A DNA stretch of 35,397 bases from the IMG/VR virus record IMGVR_UViG_3300022738_000050, positions 1 through 35,397 of that record. One strand, 5' to 3'. The notes under the pieces are model-generated. The model saw nothing but the letters and a program-made list of their open reading frames with translations, searched no databases and was not told the origin of the DNA. The stretch comes from a virus. Taxonomy: Duplodnaviria > Caudoviricetes. Position 1 is the first letter of the stretch, and each line of letters starts with the position of its first letter. Of the stretch, positions 14,938-25,402 are shown one piece after another. The translations under genes and the position numbers were made by a program.

Positions 14938-16449
14938 GTGAACTGGTTGGATCGATCGATTGCGGCAATTAGCCCGAGATGGGCCTATAAGCGCCTGGCT
15001 TGGCGAAATGGGATGAGTGTATTTGATGCGGGCGGACGCGGGCGGCTGAATCATGGTTGGAATCCATCGGCAGCCCCGAATGAGCAACTTAAGCAGGCGG
15101 AACGCGCCTTGATTCGTGCGCGGGCGCAGGACTTGGAGCATAACAGCGACATTGCCGCCGGGATCTTGCAGGCGTTCGAGCGCAACGTCACAGGTACGGG
15201 CATTATGTTGCAGGCGAAAATTTCGCACACCGTTGTCGGCAATGCCGCCGGTGAACTCAATCAGCAGATCGAGATGCTGTGGAAGGAATACTGCAAGCCC
15301 GAGCACATCGATATTACCGCCACGCAGTCCCTGGAGGAAATGGTCGAAACGCTTGTCCGTCGGTATTACGTAGACGGCGGCGTCTTTATCGTCAAGGTGT
15401 ATGTGCGGGACGATGCCTATCCCTTCAAGCTGCAGCTCCGCTCGGTCGATGAGCTGAACAATCTGGTGCAGCCGGGCGAGGGCAGACGAATCGTGGAAGG
15501 CGTGGAGTTGGACGAATTCAATCGTCCGTTGGCCTATCATTTCAAGAAGTTTGCGAATGGCTATGCCTTCAGCCCGACGGAGAGCGTCCGCATTCCGGCT
15601 AAAGACGTGATTTTCCTGTTCAAGAAAACGTCTCCGCTACAGGTGCGCGAGGTCTCTCAACTGGTCACGGCGCTGCCGCGCATCAAAGACGCCAATCAAT
15701 TTATCGAGGCGGTGTCCATCAAAGAGCGCGTGCTGGCCTGTATGTCTGTGTTCATCAAAAAGGCAACGCCCACCGGCAGCATCGGGCGGGGCGTCCGAAG
15801 CGGCGGCGGGCAGGAGATCGATTACAGCGGCGTGTCGCTGTCTCCCGGCATGATCGGGGAGCTGAATCCCGGCGATGAAGTGCAGACCGTTATTCCGGCG
15901 GGACAGGCATCCAACACGAAAGAATTTATTACAACGTTGGTGCGCATGATCGCGGCCGGGCTGGGGTTAAGCTATGAGGCCGTATCCCGCGATTTATCCC
16001 AGGTGAACTATTCGTCGGCACGTCAAGGACTGATCGAGGACCGCAAGCTATACAAAAAGCTGCAAAAAATGATGATTGACCGCGTACTGCGCCCGGTCTA
16101 CCTGGAGTTCCTGGAGTCGATGTACTTGTCCGGGAAATTGGATATGCCCGGCTACGCCAGAGACAAAAGCAAGTACACCGCCCATGTTTGGGTGCCGCCC
16201 GGCAGCACATGGATCGACCCGAAGAAGGAAGCTGACGCGAACAAGATCGCCTTGGACTCCAACCAGGACACGCTAGCCCGCATCTGTGCGGAGCGGGGTG
16301 AGGATTGGCGGGATGTGGTGGTGCAGCGTGCAGCAGAAATTAACCTAATCAATGAATTGATCGGCGAACGATCAGGAAAGGAAGAATCGCATGAGGAAGA
16401 AGAACCGGACGAGGACGAATCGGAAGAGCTTGCCGACGACGCTGCATAG
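14938..16449 (+). CDS. Portal protein, lambda family
   Basis: RARAQDLEHN, GVELDEFNRPLAY, IAAGLGLSYE, VNYSSARQ, WIDPKKE. Confidence 0.95.
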   Translation: MNWLDRSIAAISPRWAYKRLAWRNGMSVFDAGGRGRLNHGWNPSAAPNEQLKQAERALIRARAQDLEHNSDIAAGILQAFERNVTGTGIMLQAKISHTVVGNAAGELNQQIEMLWKEYCKPEHIDITATQSLEEMVETLVRRYYVDGGVFIVKVYVRDDAYPFKLQLRSVDELNNLVQPGEGRRIVEGVELDEFNRPLAYHFKKFANGYAFSPTESVRIPAKDVIFLFKKTSPLQVREVSQLVTALPRIKDANQFIEAVSIKERVLACMSVFIKKATPTGSIGRGVRSGGGQEIDYSGVSLSPGMIGELNPGDEVQTVIPAGQASNTKEFITTLVRMIAAGLGLSYEAVSRDLSQVNYSSARQGLIEDRKLYKKLQKMMIDRVLRPVYLEFLESMYLSGKLDMPGYARDKSKYTAHVWVPPGSTWIDPKKEADANKIALDSNQDTLARICAERGEDWRDVVVQRAAEINLINELIGERSGKEESHEEEEPDEDESEELADDAA

Positions 16450-18433
16450 AGCGTCGGGGCCGCCGGATAATCAACTGACCCGCACGCTCACCTTCAGCCG
16501 CGATACGATTAACGAGGCGGACCGAACCGTTGAACTGTCCTTTTCATCGGAAGCTCCCTACGAACGCTACTTCGGCAGCGAGATTTTGAGCCATGACCCC
16601 GGCGCGATCGACCTTGAGCGGTTGACCGATGTCGGGGTCTTGTTGTTCGCCCATGGTCGTGATGCCAATTACGGCCGAATGCCGATCGGCGTCATCCAGA
16701 AGGTGTGGGTGGACGAGTCTCAGCGTAAAGCTAGAGCTTTAGTCCAGTTCGACGATGACGAAGACAGCGACAAGGTGTTCCAGAAAGTGAAAAAAGGGAT
16801 CATCAAGGGCGTGTCCGTCGGCTATGCCGTGTCGTCGTGGGAAGAGGTCAAGGCGGGTAAGACCTCGGCGAACGGCCGTCATACCGGACCGGCATACGTG
16901 GCGCTGAAATGGCAGCCGTTTGAAATCAGCATCGAACCGACGCCCGCCGATCCCTCTGTTGGGGTAGGGCGGAGCAACCAGAACGAAGGCGAGGATGAAG
17001 AAATGAATGGACTGAAAAGGCTGGCTTTGGCCGCACAACGCATGATGCACGCGCCGGACACCGGCGCACCAGGCGGGAGCGCGTCGCCGGAGGGAAATGG
17101 AGCGCGTACAGCGGCTCCGCCAGCGGTCGACCCGGCACAAGCCGCCCAGCAAGCTGCGACAGCAGAGCGGGCGCGGGTAACGGAGATTAACACGCTTTGC
17201 CGGAACTTCGGCCTGGATGCCACGCCGTACATTGAGGACGGCAGTTCCGTGGATAAGGTTAAGGACGCCATTTTGCAAAAGCAAATTGCGGATCGCCAGC
17301 CACAGCGCTCCGGCATTCAGGTGGGCGACGAGGGGATTGACAAATTCCGGGCAGCGGCAACGGATGGCTTGTTGCTTCGCGCAGCCCGTTCGGTAGCCAA
17401 ACCAGCGCCGGGGGCGACGGAGCTGCGGGGATTGCGTTTGCGCGACCTGGCCGTCGAATGCTTGATCCGGGCGGGCGAAACCGGCGCTCACTTGCTCCGC
17501 GACGAAGATCTGTTGAAGCGGGCGTTGAGTCCGGACAGCACGTTCCAAGGCATCATTTCGGACGCCGCGAACAAAACGCTGTCCCAAGCCTACGCTGAAG
17601 CCCCGACCACCTTCCAATACTGGACGGGGAAAGGCAGCAATTCCGACTTCAAGGCGGCCGAGCACTACCGGATTTCGGAAGCGGGCAACCTCGAACTGCT
17701 GCCGCAGAACGGCGCGATTGCCTTTGACGGTCCGATGACCGACGAAAAAGTGACAAAGGCCGTGCTCACTTACGCGAAAAGCTGGGGCTTCACACGCGAA
17801 GCGTTTATTAACGACGATCTGGGCATGTTGTCCCGCGTTCCGGCTGCTTACGTCATTTCCGCCAAACGAGGCGTCAACAAACTGGTCTATAAAATGGTCG
17901 CGACCAATCCGCTGATTTATGACGGCAAGAACCTGTTCCACGCGGATCACGGCAACCTCGGTACGCCAGGCAAGATCAATACGGACTCGATGAGCGAGGC
18001 CCGCAAGCTGATGCGGACGCAAAAGGACCAACGCGGCATCGCCACGCTTAATATTTCGCCGAAATATCTGCTCGTGCCGGCCGAACAAGAAACCACAGCT
18101 GCACAATACATGAGGAGCGAAGCCGAACCGTCGAGTTCCAATAGCGGCGTCGCCAACGTGTTCCGCAATTCCTACGAGATCATTGTCGACGCGGAGCTGG
18201 ATCAGTATTCGCCGACGGCGTGGTACTTGGCCGCCGACGCCAACATTGCGGATACGGTCGAAGTTACGTACTTGCGCGGCCAGGAAGAGCCGACGCTGGA
18301 GACGGACATTCCGTTCGACCGGCTGGGCATCAACTTCCGCATTTACTTCGACTACGGCGTGACGCTGCTTGACAGCCGGGGGATGTTCAAAAACGAGGGC
18401 GCTGCTGCTCCGGATCCAGGAGGCGAGGACTAA
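16391..18433 (+). CDS. Prohead protease-scaffold-major capsid fusion
   Basis: N-terminal HK97-type protease (LLFAHG, GVSVGY, EISIEPTPAD), Ala/Pro-rich linker, C-terminal Mu GpT-like capsid (INDDLG, LFHADHGNL, YLRGQEEP, DYG). Confidence 0.92.
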   Translation: MRKKNRTRTNRKSLPTTLHRASGPPDNQLTRTLTFSRDTINEADRTVELSFSSEAPYERYFGSEILSHDPGAIDLERLTDVGVLLFAHGRDANYGRMPIGVIQKVWVDESQRKARALVQFDDDEDSDKVFQKVKKGIIKGVSVGYAVSSWEEVKAGKTSANGRHTGPAYVALKWQPFEISIEPTPADPSVGVGRSNQNEGEDEEMNGLKRLALAAQRMMHAPDTGAPGGSASPEGNGARTAAPPAVDPAQAAQQAATAERARVTEINTLCRNFGLDATPYIEDGSSVDKVKDAILQKQIADRQPQRSGIQVGDEGIDKFRAAATDGLLLRAARSVAKPAPGATELRGLRLRDLAVECLIRAGETGAHLLRDEDLLKRALSPDSTFQGIISDAANKTLSQAYAEAPTTFQYWTGKGSNSDFKAAEHYRISEAGNLELLPQNGAIAFDGPMTDEKVTKAVLTYAKSWGFTREAFINDDLGMLSRVPAAYVISAKRGVNKLVYKMVATNPLIYDGKNLFHADHGNLGTPGKINTDSMSEARKLMRTQKDQRGIATLNISPKYLLVPAEQETTAAQYMRSEAEPSSSNSGVANVFRNSYEIIVDAELDQYSPTAWYLAADANIADTVEVTYLRGQEEPTLETDIPFDRLGINFRIYFDYGVTLLDSRGMFKNEGAAAPDPGGED

Positions 18434-18663
18434 TGCTCATACTCACCCAGCCACTCAATTACGGAGGCCGTCTTTATGAGGTTGGCGATAACGTTCGGGG
18501 GAGATTGCCCTTGGATGTGATTGCGCAACTGCAAGCGGGCGGGCACATCGAGGAGATTGACCCTGTCAACGCAGAGGGCGGAGAAGCGGTCCCGCCAAGC
18601 GGCGAAGGCGAAGGCGGCCAAAGCGACAAGCCGCCCAGGGGAAGACGCAATGCCCAGCTTTAA
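18433..18663 (+). CDS. Small head-associated hypothetical protein
   Basis: TAATG coupling to capsid gene. Confidence 0.7.
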   Translation: MLILTQPLNYGGRLYEVGDNVRGRLPLDVIAQLQAGGHIEEIDPVNAEGGEAVPPSGEGEGGQSDKPPRGRRNAQL

Positions 18664-18964
18664 GGATGTACTCGCGCAAGACGTCGACCTCTTCCTGAAT
18701 CCGGATGAGTTTGCGGATACACATACGATCGACGGCCGACCAGTGCGTGCTGTGATCGACGAAAATAGCGATAACCAGCACCCCCTCGTTTATGCCGAGG
18801 GGGTTTCGCTGGTGCGTAAGGTGTTATTCGTCGCCCCGTCTGAACTCGGTTTCCGGCCGCGAGAGGGCATGGAATTGAAAGTCGACGGAGCGCTTTACGA
18901 AGTTTCGAGATGTTCAGACGAAGATGGGGTGTATGCAATCGTACTGGAGGCGAACCGCGATTGA
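18650..18964 (+). CDS. Head-tail joining protein
   Basis: MPSFKD...FLNPDEFADTHTIDG; synteny. Confidence 0.78.
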   Translation: MPSFKDVLAQDVDLFLNPDEFADTHTIDGRPVRAVIDENSDNQHPLVYAEGVSLVRKVLFVAPSELGFRPREGMELKVDGALYEVSRCSDEDGVYAIVLEANRD

Positions 18965-19542
18965 GAACTGAGGGACTGCGGGAAGCGAAGCGGGGCGTAA
19001 AAGCCGCGAAGGAGCACATGCAAGCGGCAGCGTCCAAAGCGCTCAATCGCGTCGGCCAGGGCGTTATGACCGAAGCCAGCCGGAAGGTGCGGGAAACGTA
19101 CAACATCAAGGCAGCGGATGTCAAAGATGCGCTGCGCATTGTGCTGTCCCCTTCCGGAGCGGGTGAAGTGGAGATCAAGGCCAAGGGGCGTAATTTGCCC
19201 CTGACCCATTTCAAGCTGACGCCGAAGCAGCCCAACCCAAAGCGGCCGAAGACGGTCAAAGTGGCGGTCAGGCGCGGGGACACCAAAAAAATTGGTCCGG
19301 CTTACCTTTTGCTCGGCTCCAGCAGGCTCCGCGTGATGAAACGGCAGAAGCCGACCGGACAAGGGAAGCCGCGTGTGCTAAATGCCAAGGGTCATCGGCC
19401 AGAATTGCCGATCGAGGAGCTATTTGGCCCGGCTGTTCCGGTGCTGCTGAACGAGCCGCAGGTCATTCGGCACATCGAGCAGCAGGCTGAAGAGCGTATG
19501 GAGAAGCGGCTGGACCACGAAATTAACCGAATTTTGAGGTGA
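18961..19542 (+). CDS. Minor tail protein, GpZ-like
   Basis: ALNR, LPIEELFGPAVP, RLDHEINRIL; TTG start after GGAGG. Confidence 0.8.
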   Translation: MRTEGLREAKRGVKAAKEHMQAAASKALNRVGQGVMTEASRKVRETYNIKAADVKDALRIVLSPSGAGEVEIKAKGRNLPLTHFKLTPKQPNPKRPKTVKVAVRRGDTKKIGPAYLLLGSSRLRVMKRQKPTGQGKPRVLNAKGHRPELPIEELFGPAVPVLLNEPQVIRHIEQQAEERMEKRLDHEINRILR

Positions 19543-19548
19543 TAGGCC

Positions 19549-19986
19549 ATGTCGACACCCATCCTATTAAGCCAGGCGATCAAATCCTTCCTTGAGCCGT
19601 TATTAGCTGACGGGGTCAGCGTCCGCCCCCGTGTTTACGAGGGATATTTACCGAAGCTGACCTCCGCGAATGCCGATGCGGAAGATTTTCCCTATGTGAT
19701 TATTCGCATTCATAAGGGGAGCACGGGAGCGGACGGCAATCCGGTTGTCGTGAACCTGATCCTCGGCACCAAATGCGAGGCCGAGGATGGGTTCAAGGAC
19801 GTGTTGATGCTGTTTGACCGCATCCAGACCGCGTTGTTCAAAACGCGGGTGTTGGATCGTCAATTTCGCCTCGAACTGCCCTATGAATGGGAGCTGTTCG
19901 AGGATCAGCCCTATCCGGAGTGGATCGGCAAGATTAAAACGACGTGGATACTGCCCACAATTACCGAGGAGGTCGAAGGCATATGA
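19549..19986 (+). CDS. Tail terminator/completion protein (putative)
   Basis: FPYVIIR motif; position before sheath. Confidence 0.7.
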   Translation: MSTPILLSQAIKSFLEPLLADGVSVRPRVYEGYLPKLTSANADAEDFPYVIIRIHKGSTGADGNPVVVNLILGTKCEAEDGFKDVLMLFDRIQTALFKTRVLDRQFRLELPYEWELFEDQPYPEWIGKIKTTWILPTITEEVEGI

Positions 19987-20288
19987 AAGAGGAAAACCAA
20001 GAGCAGGCGGCCCCGAAGCAGATTCGAAAGGCTGCAAAGGAAGCACCGCCGCTGCATCTCATCTATTTGGGGCCGAACCTGCCGGGTGGACGCCTGTCCA
20101 CTGCAACGGTGTTCCGGGGGAGCATTCCGGGGCACTTGGCGGATTTGCGGGACAAGCATCCGCAAATCGATGACCTGATTGTCCCTTTGTCCGAGATTGC
20201 TCGGACGCATGACCGCATTGCAGCGGCGGGCTCGCCGCAATATGAAGCGTATCAATCGCTCAAAGTCTTGAGCGGAAAGGGTGTGTAA
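19983..20288 (+). CDS. Hypothetical protein preceding sheath
   Basis: ATGA overlap; IYLGPNLP motif. Confidence 0.7.
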   Translation: MKEENQEQAAPKQIRKAAKEAPPLHLIYLGPNLPGGRLSTATVFRGSIPGHLADLRDKHPQIDDLIVPLSEIARTHDRIAAAGSPQYEAYQSLKVLSGKGV

Positions 20289-20289
20289 C

Positions 20290-21741
20290 ATGGCACACGG
20301 CGTAACGATTCAAGAGCAGGCGACCTCTATTGTCGCCCCTGCGCAAGTGGCCTCAGCGATTCCCGTTGTGGTCGGCACCGCGCCGGTCAACCTCTCGAAG
20401 CGAGCAAAGACTCCGGTAAACGAACCGGTGCTTGTGTATTCCTTCGCGGAGGCGGTCGCGGCATTCGGCTATTCGGATGATTTCGCCTCGTACACGCTTT
20501 GCGAGTTTATAGACTCGCATTTTCGCTTATTCGGGCTGGCCCCGGTGGTGCTGATCAACGTACTCGATCCGGCTGACCACAAAACGGCGGTAGCCGCAGC
20601 GGATGTAACGGTGACCTCGGGGGCGGCAAAGCTCGCGGTCAAGGGGATTATCCTGTCCTCGCTTAGTGTCAAATCGGCCGACGGGGAGACAACGTATGTT
20701 GCGGGCACCGACTACACGGCCGCGTTTGACAGCGACGGCCATGTGATCGTCACCCGGAAGGCGACCGGCTCGATTCCGGCGATTGCGACCGAGCTGAAAA
20801 TCAGCTACGACAAGCTTGATCCGGCAGCAATCCAAGCAGCCGATGTGATCGGCGGCGTGGATGGAGCAACCGGCGCATTGACGGGGCTTGAGCTCATCAA
20901 TCAAGTTTTCCCGCGCTTTGGACTGGTGCCGAGCCTGATTTTGGCACCGGGCTATGCGCAGGACCCGACGGTCGCGGCGGTGATGGTGGCCAAGGCAGGC
21001 AACATCAACGGTCATTTCCAGGCGCTTGCCTTGACGGATGCACCAACGACCGGGGAAGAGGCGCTTTATACGGCTGTTCCAGCTTGGAAAAATGACAATT
21101 CTTATACGTCGACGCTGCAGGTGGTTGGCTGGCCGAAAGTGAAGCTGGGCGACAAGCACTATCACCTCTCGACACAAACGGCCGGGGCGATCGGCGCAAC
21201 GGACGCTGCATACGGCGGCATTCCGTACGCTTCACCGTCCAACAAGGCGCTCAAGGCGAACGGGGCGGTGGTCGCGGACGGCAGCGAGGTGTTTCTCGGT
21301 CCGGATCAGGCTGCCTACTTGAACGGCCAGGGTATCGTGACCGCGCTGAACTTTGTGGGCGGCTGGAAGCTGTGGGGCAACAATACCGGGGCCTATCCCG
21401 CGAACACGGACGCAAAAGACGCCTTTATCCCCATTCGCCGCATGTTTAACTGGATCAGGACGAGCATTGTGTTGACGTACTGGCAAAAGGTTGACGACCC
21501 GACGAATAAAAAGCTGATCGAGACGGTCACGGACTCGATTAACTACTGGCTGAACGGTCTCACGGCGTCGGGCGCTTTGCTCGGCGGCCGCGTGGAGTTT
21601 AACGCCTCGGAGAACCCGATGACCGACCTGCTCGCGGGAATCATTCGCTTCCACGTCCATATTGCCCCGCCAGGACCGGCGCAGGAAATGAACTTCATTC
21701 TCGAATACGATCCGAGTTATCTCGGCTCGCTGTTCGCATAA
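20290..21741 (+). CDS. Contractile tail sheath protein
   Basis: MAHGV, VVGTAP, LILAPG, SPSNK, LWGN, FIPIRR. Confidence 0.95.
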   Translation: MAHGVTIQEQATSIVAPAQVASAIPVVVGTAPVNLSKRAKTPVNEPVLVYSFAEAVAAFGYSDDFASYTLCEFIDSHFRLFGLAPVVLINVLDPADHKTAVAAADVTVTSGAAKLAVKGIILSSLSVKSADGETTYVAGTDYTAAFDSDGHVIVTRKATGSIPAIATELKISYDKLDPAAIQAADVIGGVDGATGALTGLELINQVFPRFGLVPSLILAPGYAQDPTVAAVMVAKAGNINGHFQALALTDAPTTGEEALYTAVPAWKNDNSYTSTLQVVGWPKVKLGDKHYHLSTQTAGAIGATDAAYGGIPYASPSNKALKANGAVVADGSEVFLGPDQAAYLNGQGIVTALNFVGGWKLWGNNTGAYPANTDAKDAFIPIRRMFNWIRTSIVLTYWQKVDDPTNKKLIETVTDSINYWLNGLTASGALLGGRVEFNASENPMTDLLAGIIRFHVHIAPPGPAQEMNFILEYDPSYLGSLFA

Positions 21742-21756
21742 GGAGGACAAACCCGC

Positions 21757-22272
21757 ATGAAAATTCCCGAGAAAATTACGGGCTATTCGGTTTATCGCAA
21801 TGGCTCTACCTACCTCGGAACCGCAGACGTGGAACTCCCGAACTTGGAGGCGCTGACGGAGACGATTAAAGGTGCAGGTATTGCAGGCGAGGTGGACAGC
21901 CCGACGATCGGACACTTCAGTTCGATGACTTGTACGCTGAACTGGCGTACGGTTGATCCTGCTTCGATTGAACTCAATGCGCCCGAGCTTCATTCCCTTG
22001 ATTTCCGGGCAGCGCAACAGGTTTTGGATTCCGCTTTGGGCACCTATAGCAGCGTGCCGGTTAAAGTATCCGTTCGCGCCATTCCGAAGACTTTGAATCT
22101 CGGAAAATTCGAAGTTGGTGCGACGACGGATACGAGCAACGAGCTGGAAGTGGTGTATCTCAAGATCATTCACGACGGCAAAGTGACAACCGAAATCGAC
22201 AAATTCAACAGCATCTGCATCATTAACGGCAAAGACTATCTCGCTGCTGAACGCGCCGCGCTCGGCAAATAA
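21757..22272 (+). CDS. Major tail tube protein (P2 FII-like)
   Basis: GAGIAGEVD, EIDKFN...NGKDYLA. Confidence 0.92.
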   Translation: MKIPEKITGYSVYRNGSTYLGTADVELPNLEALTETIKGAGIAGEVDSPTIGHFSSMTCTLNWRTVDPASIELNAPELHSLDFRAAQQVLDSALGTYSSVPVKVSVRAIPKTLNLGKFEVGATTDTSNELEVVYLKIIHDGKVTTEIDKFNSICIINGKDYLAAERAALGK

Positions 22273-22284
22273 AGGAGGATGACC

Positions 22285-22593
22285 ATGGAAAACAAGGAAT
22301 TGGATAACCGTTTTGTCCTGCGCAAGCCGATCGAATTTGACGGCGAGCAGATTACGGAACTGACCCTCGATTTCGACGACCTCTCATCGGAGGACATTTT
22401 GAGCGCGGAGCGGCAGTACGAGGCCGCTGTCGGCAGGAGTCAGCAGGTTGCTCCTGTAAAAGAGTTTTCGAAGCACTATTTGGCTTTTGTCGTTGCGCGT
22501 GCGGCGAAGCGGCCGGTCGAACTGATCTATAAGCTTTCGGCAAACGATTTTTCGAAAATCTCGCTATTGGCTCAAAATTTTTTGCTCGGCTAG
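22285..22593 (+). CDS. Tail assembly chaperone (GpE-like)
   Basis: LRKPIEFDG...LDFDDL; between tube and tape measure; AGGAGG RBS favours ATG 22285. Confidence 0.88.
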   Translation: MENKELDNRFVLRKPIEFDGEQITELTLDFDDLSSEDILSAERQYEAAVGRSQQVAPVKEFSKHYLAFVVARAAKRPVELIYKLSANDFSKISLLAQNFLLG

Positions 22594-22748
22594 GATTGGC
22601 TGAAGACAAAGGGACGCACCTCCTGCGCAGGAGAGTGGCGTCCCTTTCTGCTGCGTTGTACACGCCAATCCCTTACTTTTTGAGTCTGCCGATCAGAGAG
22701 CTGGATGACTGGTTCGAGGCCGCCAAAGCCAACCAGGAAAAGAGGTGA
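22578..22748 (+). CDS. -1 frameshift extension of tail chaperone (E+E'-like)
   Basis: TTTTTTG at 22578-22584; -1 frame open to 22748, encoding TPIPYFLSLPIRELDDWFE. Confidence 0.8.
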   Translation, partial: FFARLGLAEDKGTHLLRRRVASLSAALYTPIPYFLSLPIRELDDWFEAAKANQEKR

Positions 22749-25402
22749 GTGAACTGGCGGGGAAAATCTATAAAATTGCGTTCGAGCTGGCGGCCAAGCT
22801 GGAAGGGTCCTATGACGCTGCGATGACGCGGACGCTGCACGATTTGACAGAGGTCGAGCGGCGAGCGCGGGATCTCAATGCCATCCGAGTTTCCGGAGAT
22901 ATGGTCAACCCCTTGCGAGACGGGTTAAGAGACTTAGAACGCGAGATGAGGGGCATTCGGACCGCGCCGGTTCCGGCCGGCATCTTCACGAGCATGAACA
23001 CAGAACTGCGGGCGGCGGCAACGGATGCGAAAAGCTTACTTCAGACGTTACGGCAGATTGGGCAATTTCGAATGCCGGGGAATCTGTTCGGGAACGACAT
23101 GCGCGATTACATCCGCGATATCGAGCGGCTTGAGCGTCAAATGCGCAACATTCAAGGCATGGGCGGCCCATCCGGCGGCGGTGCTGGCGGTGGCGGCCAT
23201 GGTGGAGCGGGTGGCGTTGGTGGTAAATCGCTGATCGGCGCAGGGGCGCTTATTGCTGGCGGTGGCGTTGCGCTGGTTGGCGGCGCTGCTTTGGCCGGGG
23301 GAGCGGTCTTCTCCTTTTCGAACGATTATCAGACAGCCATGGCGCAAATTAAAGCCTCTACCGGTGCTTCCGAGGACCAGATGAAGGATTTTAGCAAGAT
23401 CGCCGAGTCTCTTTACAATCAGTCTCTTGGAGAGTCCTGGTATGATCTCGCGGAGGCGGTAGGTACAGTCAGACAGGTCACCAAGCTGTCCGGAGCCGAT
23501 CTGGAGAAGACCACCAGAAACGCGATTGCCTATCGCGATACGTTCGGGGAGGATGTCACAGAGTCCATCAAAGCGGCTGACACGATGATGCGTAACTTCG
23601 GCATCACTTCGGATCAAGCCTTTAACCTGATGGCCCAGGGCGCACAACAAGGGCTGAATAAATCGGGTGAGTTGCTAGATTCAGCAAATGAGTACGCGCC
23701 GCATTTTGCGAAGCTCGGCTTTACCGGCGATCAGATGTTTGATACCTTCAGCGCGGGCCTCGAGGCTGGCGCATTTAATTTGGATAAAGTCGGGGATGCG
23801 ATCAAGGAGTTTAACATTCGCTCCAAAGATATGTCAGCGACATCGGTTGAATCCTATAAAATGCTGGGCTTGAACGCCGAAAAGATGTCGCAAACCTTCG
23901 CGAAAGGCGGTTCTGCAGCGCAAAAAGCCTTCGAAGATATTGTCGCCTCAATCTCCGCGATTGAGGACCCGGTGAAGAAAAACACGATCGGCGTCGGGTT
24001 GTTCGGCACGCAGTTTGAAGACTTGGAAGCGGATGTCGTTAAGGCGATGGGCGTTGCTCAGAGCAGATTCGACTCGGCCAAAAAGAGCATGGACGCGTTG
24101 GCGAAAGTCAAATACGACACACTCGGCAAGGCGTTTCAGGGCATTGGCCGTAACCTGCAAACGGGGATTATTCTTCCGATGACCAAGGCTTTGCTCCCCG
24201 TCGCACAGCGTTTTAGTGACTGGTTAACGGACAAGCTCCCAGCCATTCAGGGCGTGTTTGCCAAAATCGGCCCGACAATCGAATGGATTGCAGATAAATT
24301 TTCCGGACTTTGGTCGGGTATGGGTGGCGACGGGGTCGTATCGATGGCCAAGGGCATATTCGGCGAAGTCGCCGAAACCGCAGCCACGTACATGGATGCG
24401 GTGAAAGAGATTTGGTCGGACATCGAGCCGCACGTTATGGGCGTTGTCGGCTCCATCGGGTCAATCTTTAAGCTGCTTATACCCGTTGTCTTTAAGATCG
24501 CGGGCACGATCCAGCAGGTCGCACGCAAAATCATTTCCTTCGTGATGCCGATTTCCGCTTACTTCCAGAGCAAGCTATGGCCGATTCTGGACAAGATTTT
24601 CAAGTTCCTGGCGACGTCCGTTTTCCCGCAGATTTCCAATATCATTTCGATGCTTCTGCCAAAGATCACCAGCGTCGTTGATAAAATCGGAGCCGCCATT
24701 TCGTCCATCTGGAACTTTGTTAAGCCAGCACTGGACGACCTGTTTGCAGCTTTCGATTATGTGTTTCCGATTATCCAAAACATCGTAACCGGCGCGTTTG
24801 ATGCGATCGGCGGCGTGCTGAGCGGCGCGATGGACATCTTCGGGGGCGTGATCGATTTTATTACCGGCGTCTTCTCAGGCGACTGGGAGAAGGCGTGGAC
24901 GGGGGTCAAAGGCATCTTTACGGGGATTTTCGACACACTGGGGGCTGCATTAACCTTCCCGATCAACCTCGCGATCGATGCGATCAACGCCGCCATTCGC
25001 GGCATTAACAAGGTCAGCATCGACATCCCGGAGTGGGTGCCGGGCTTCGGCGGCGAATCCCTCGGCTTCAGCATCCCGGAAATCAAAAAGATTGGCGGAT
25101 ACGCTGATGGTGGATACGTCACCAAGCCAGAGCTTGCCTGGGTCGGTGAAGGGAAATCGAACGAATGGATCATTCCGGAGAACAATTCCGAGCGATCGCG
25201 CAGCTTGTGGCGGTCGGCCGGTGAGAGTCTTGGAATGCGCGGCGAGGGCGGCTCGGGAGATATTAACTTCAACCCGATATACAACTTTTACGGCAATGCC
25301 GACAAAGCGGCCGTGCAGCAGATGGAGGCACAGACGAGGCGCGACTTCGCGCAAGAATTTGCGGCTTGGAAACAGCAGCAGAGGCGGGTGGCTTTTGGAT
25401 GA
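22745..25402 (+). CDS. Tape measure protein
   Basis: 885 aa; NLDKVGDAIKEF minor-tail domain, amphipathic repeats, GDWEKAW, YADGG/GEG C-terminus. Confidence 0.95.
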   Translation: MSELAGKIYKIAFELAAKLEGSYDAAMTRTLHDLTEVERRARDLNAIRVSGDMVNPLRDGLRDLEREMRGIRTAPVPAGIFTSMNTELRAAATDAKSLLQTLRQIGQFRMPGNLFGNDMRDYIRDIERLERQMRNIQGMGGPSGGGAGGGGHGGAGGVGGKSLIGAGALIAGGGVALVGGAALAGGAVFSFSNDYQTAMAQIKASTGASEDQMKDFSKIAESLYNQSLGESWYDLAEAVGTVRQVTKLSGADLEKTTRNAIAYRDTFGEDVTESIKAADTMMRNFGITSDQAFNLMAQGAQQGLNKSGELLDSANEYAPHFAKLGFTGDQMFDTFSAGLEAGAFNLDKVGDAIKEFNIRSKDMSATSVESYKMLGLNAEKMSQTFAKGGSAAQKAFEDIVASISAIEDPVKKNTIGVGLFGTQFEDLEADVVKAMGVAQSRFDSAKKSMDALAKVKYDTLGKAFQGIGRNLQTGIILPMTKALLPVAQRFSDWLTDKLPAIQGVFAKIGPTIEWIADKFSGLWSGMGGDGVVSMAKGIFGEVAETAATYMDAVKEIWSDIEPHVMGVVGSIGSIFKLLIPVVFKIAGTIQQVARKIISFVMPISAYFQSKLWPILDKIFKFLATSVFPQISNIISMLLPKITSVVDKIGAAISSIWNFVKPALDDLFAAFDYVFPIIQNIVTGAFDAIGGVLSGAMDIFGGVIDFITGVFSGDWEKAWTGVKGIFTGIFDTLGAALTFPINLAIDAINAAIRGINKVSIDIPEWVPGFGGESLGFSIPEIKKIGGYADGGYVTKPELAWVGEGKSNEWIIPENNSERSRSLWRSAGESLGMRGEGGSGDINFNPIYNFYGNADKAAVQQMEAQTRRDFAQEFAAWKQQQRRVAFG

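Noticed and set aside
14701-22173. Long minus-strand ORFs (14701..15540, 16739..18106, 21232..22173)
   Set aside because: Shadow frames of GC-rich structural genes, with no RBS or recognisable motifs
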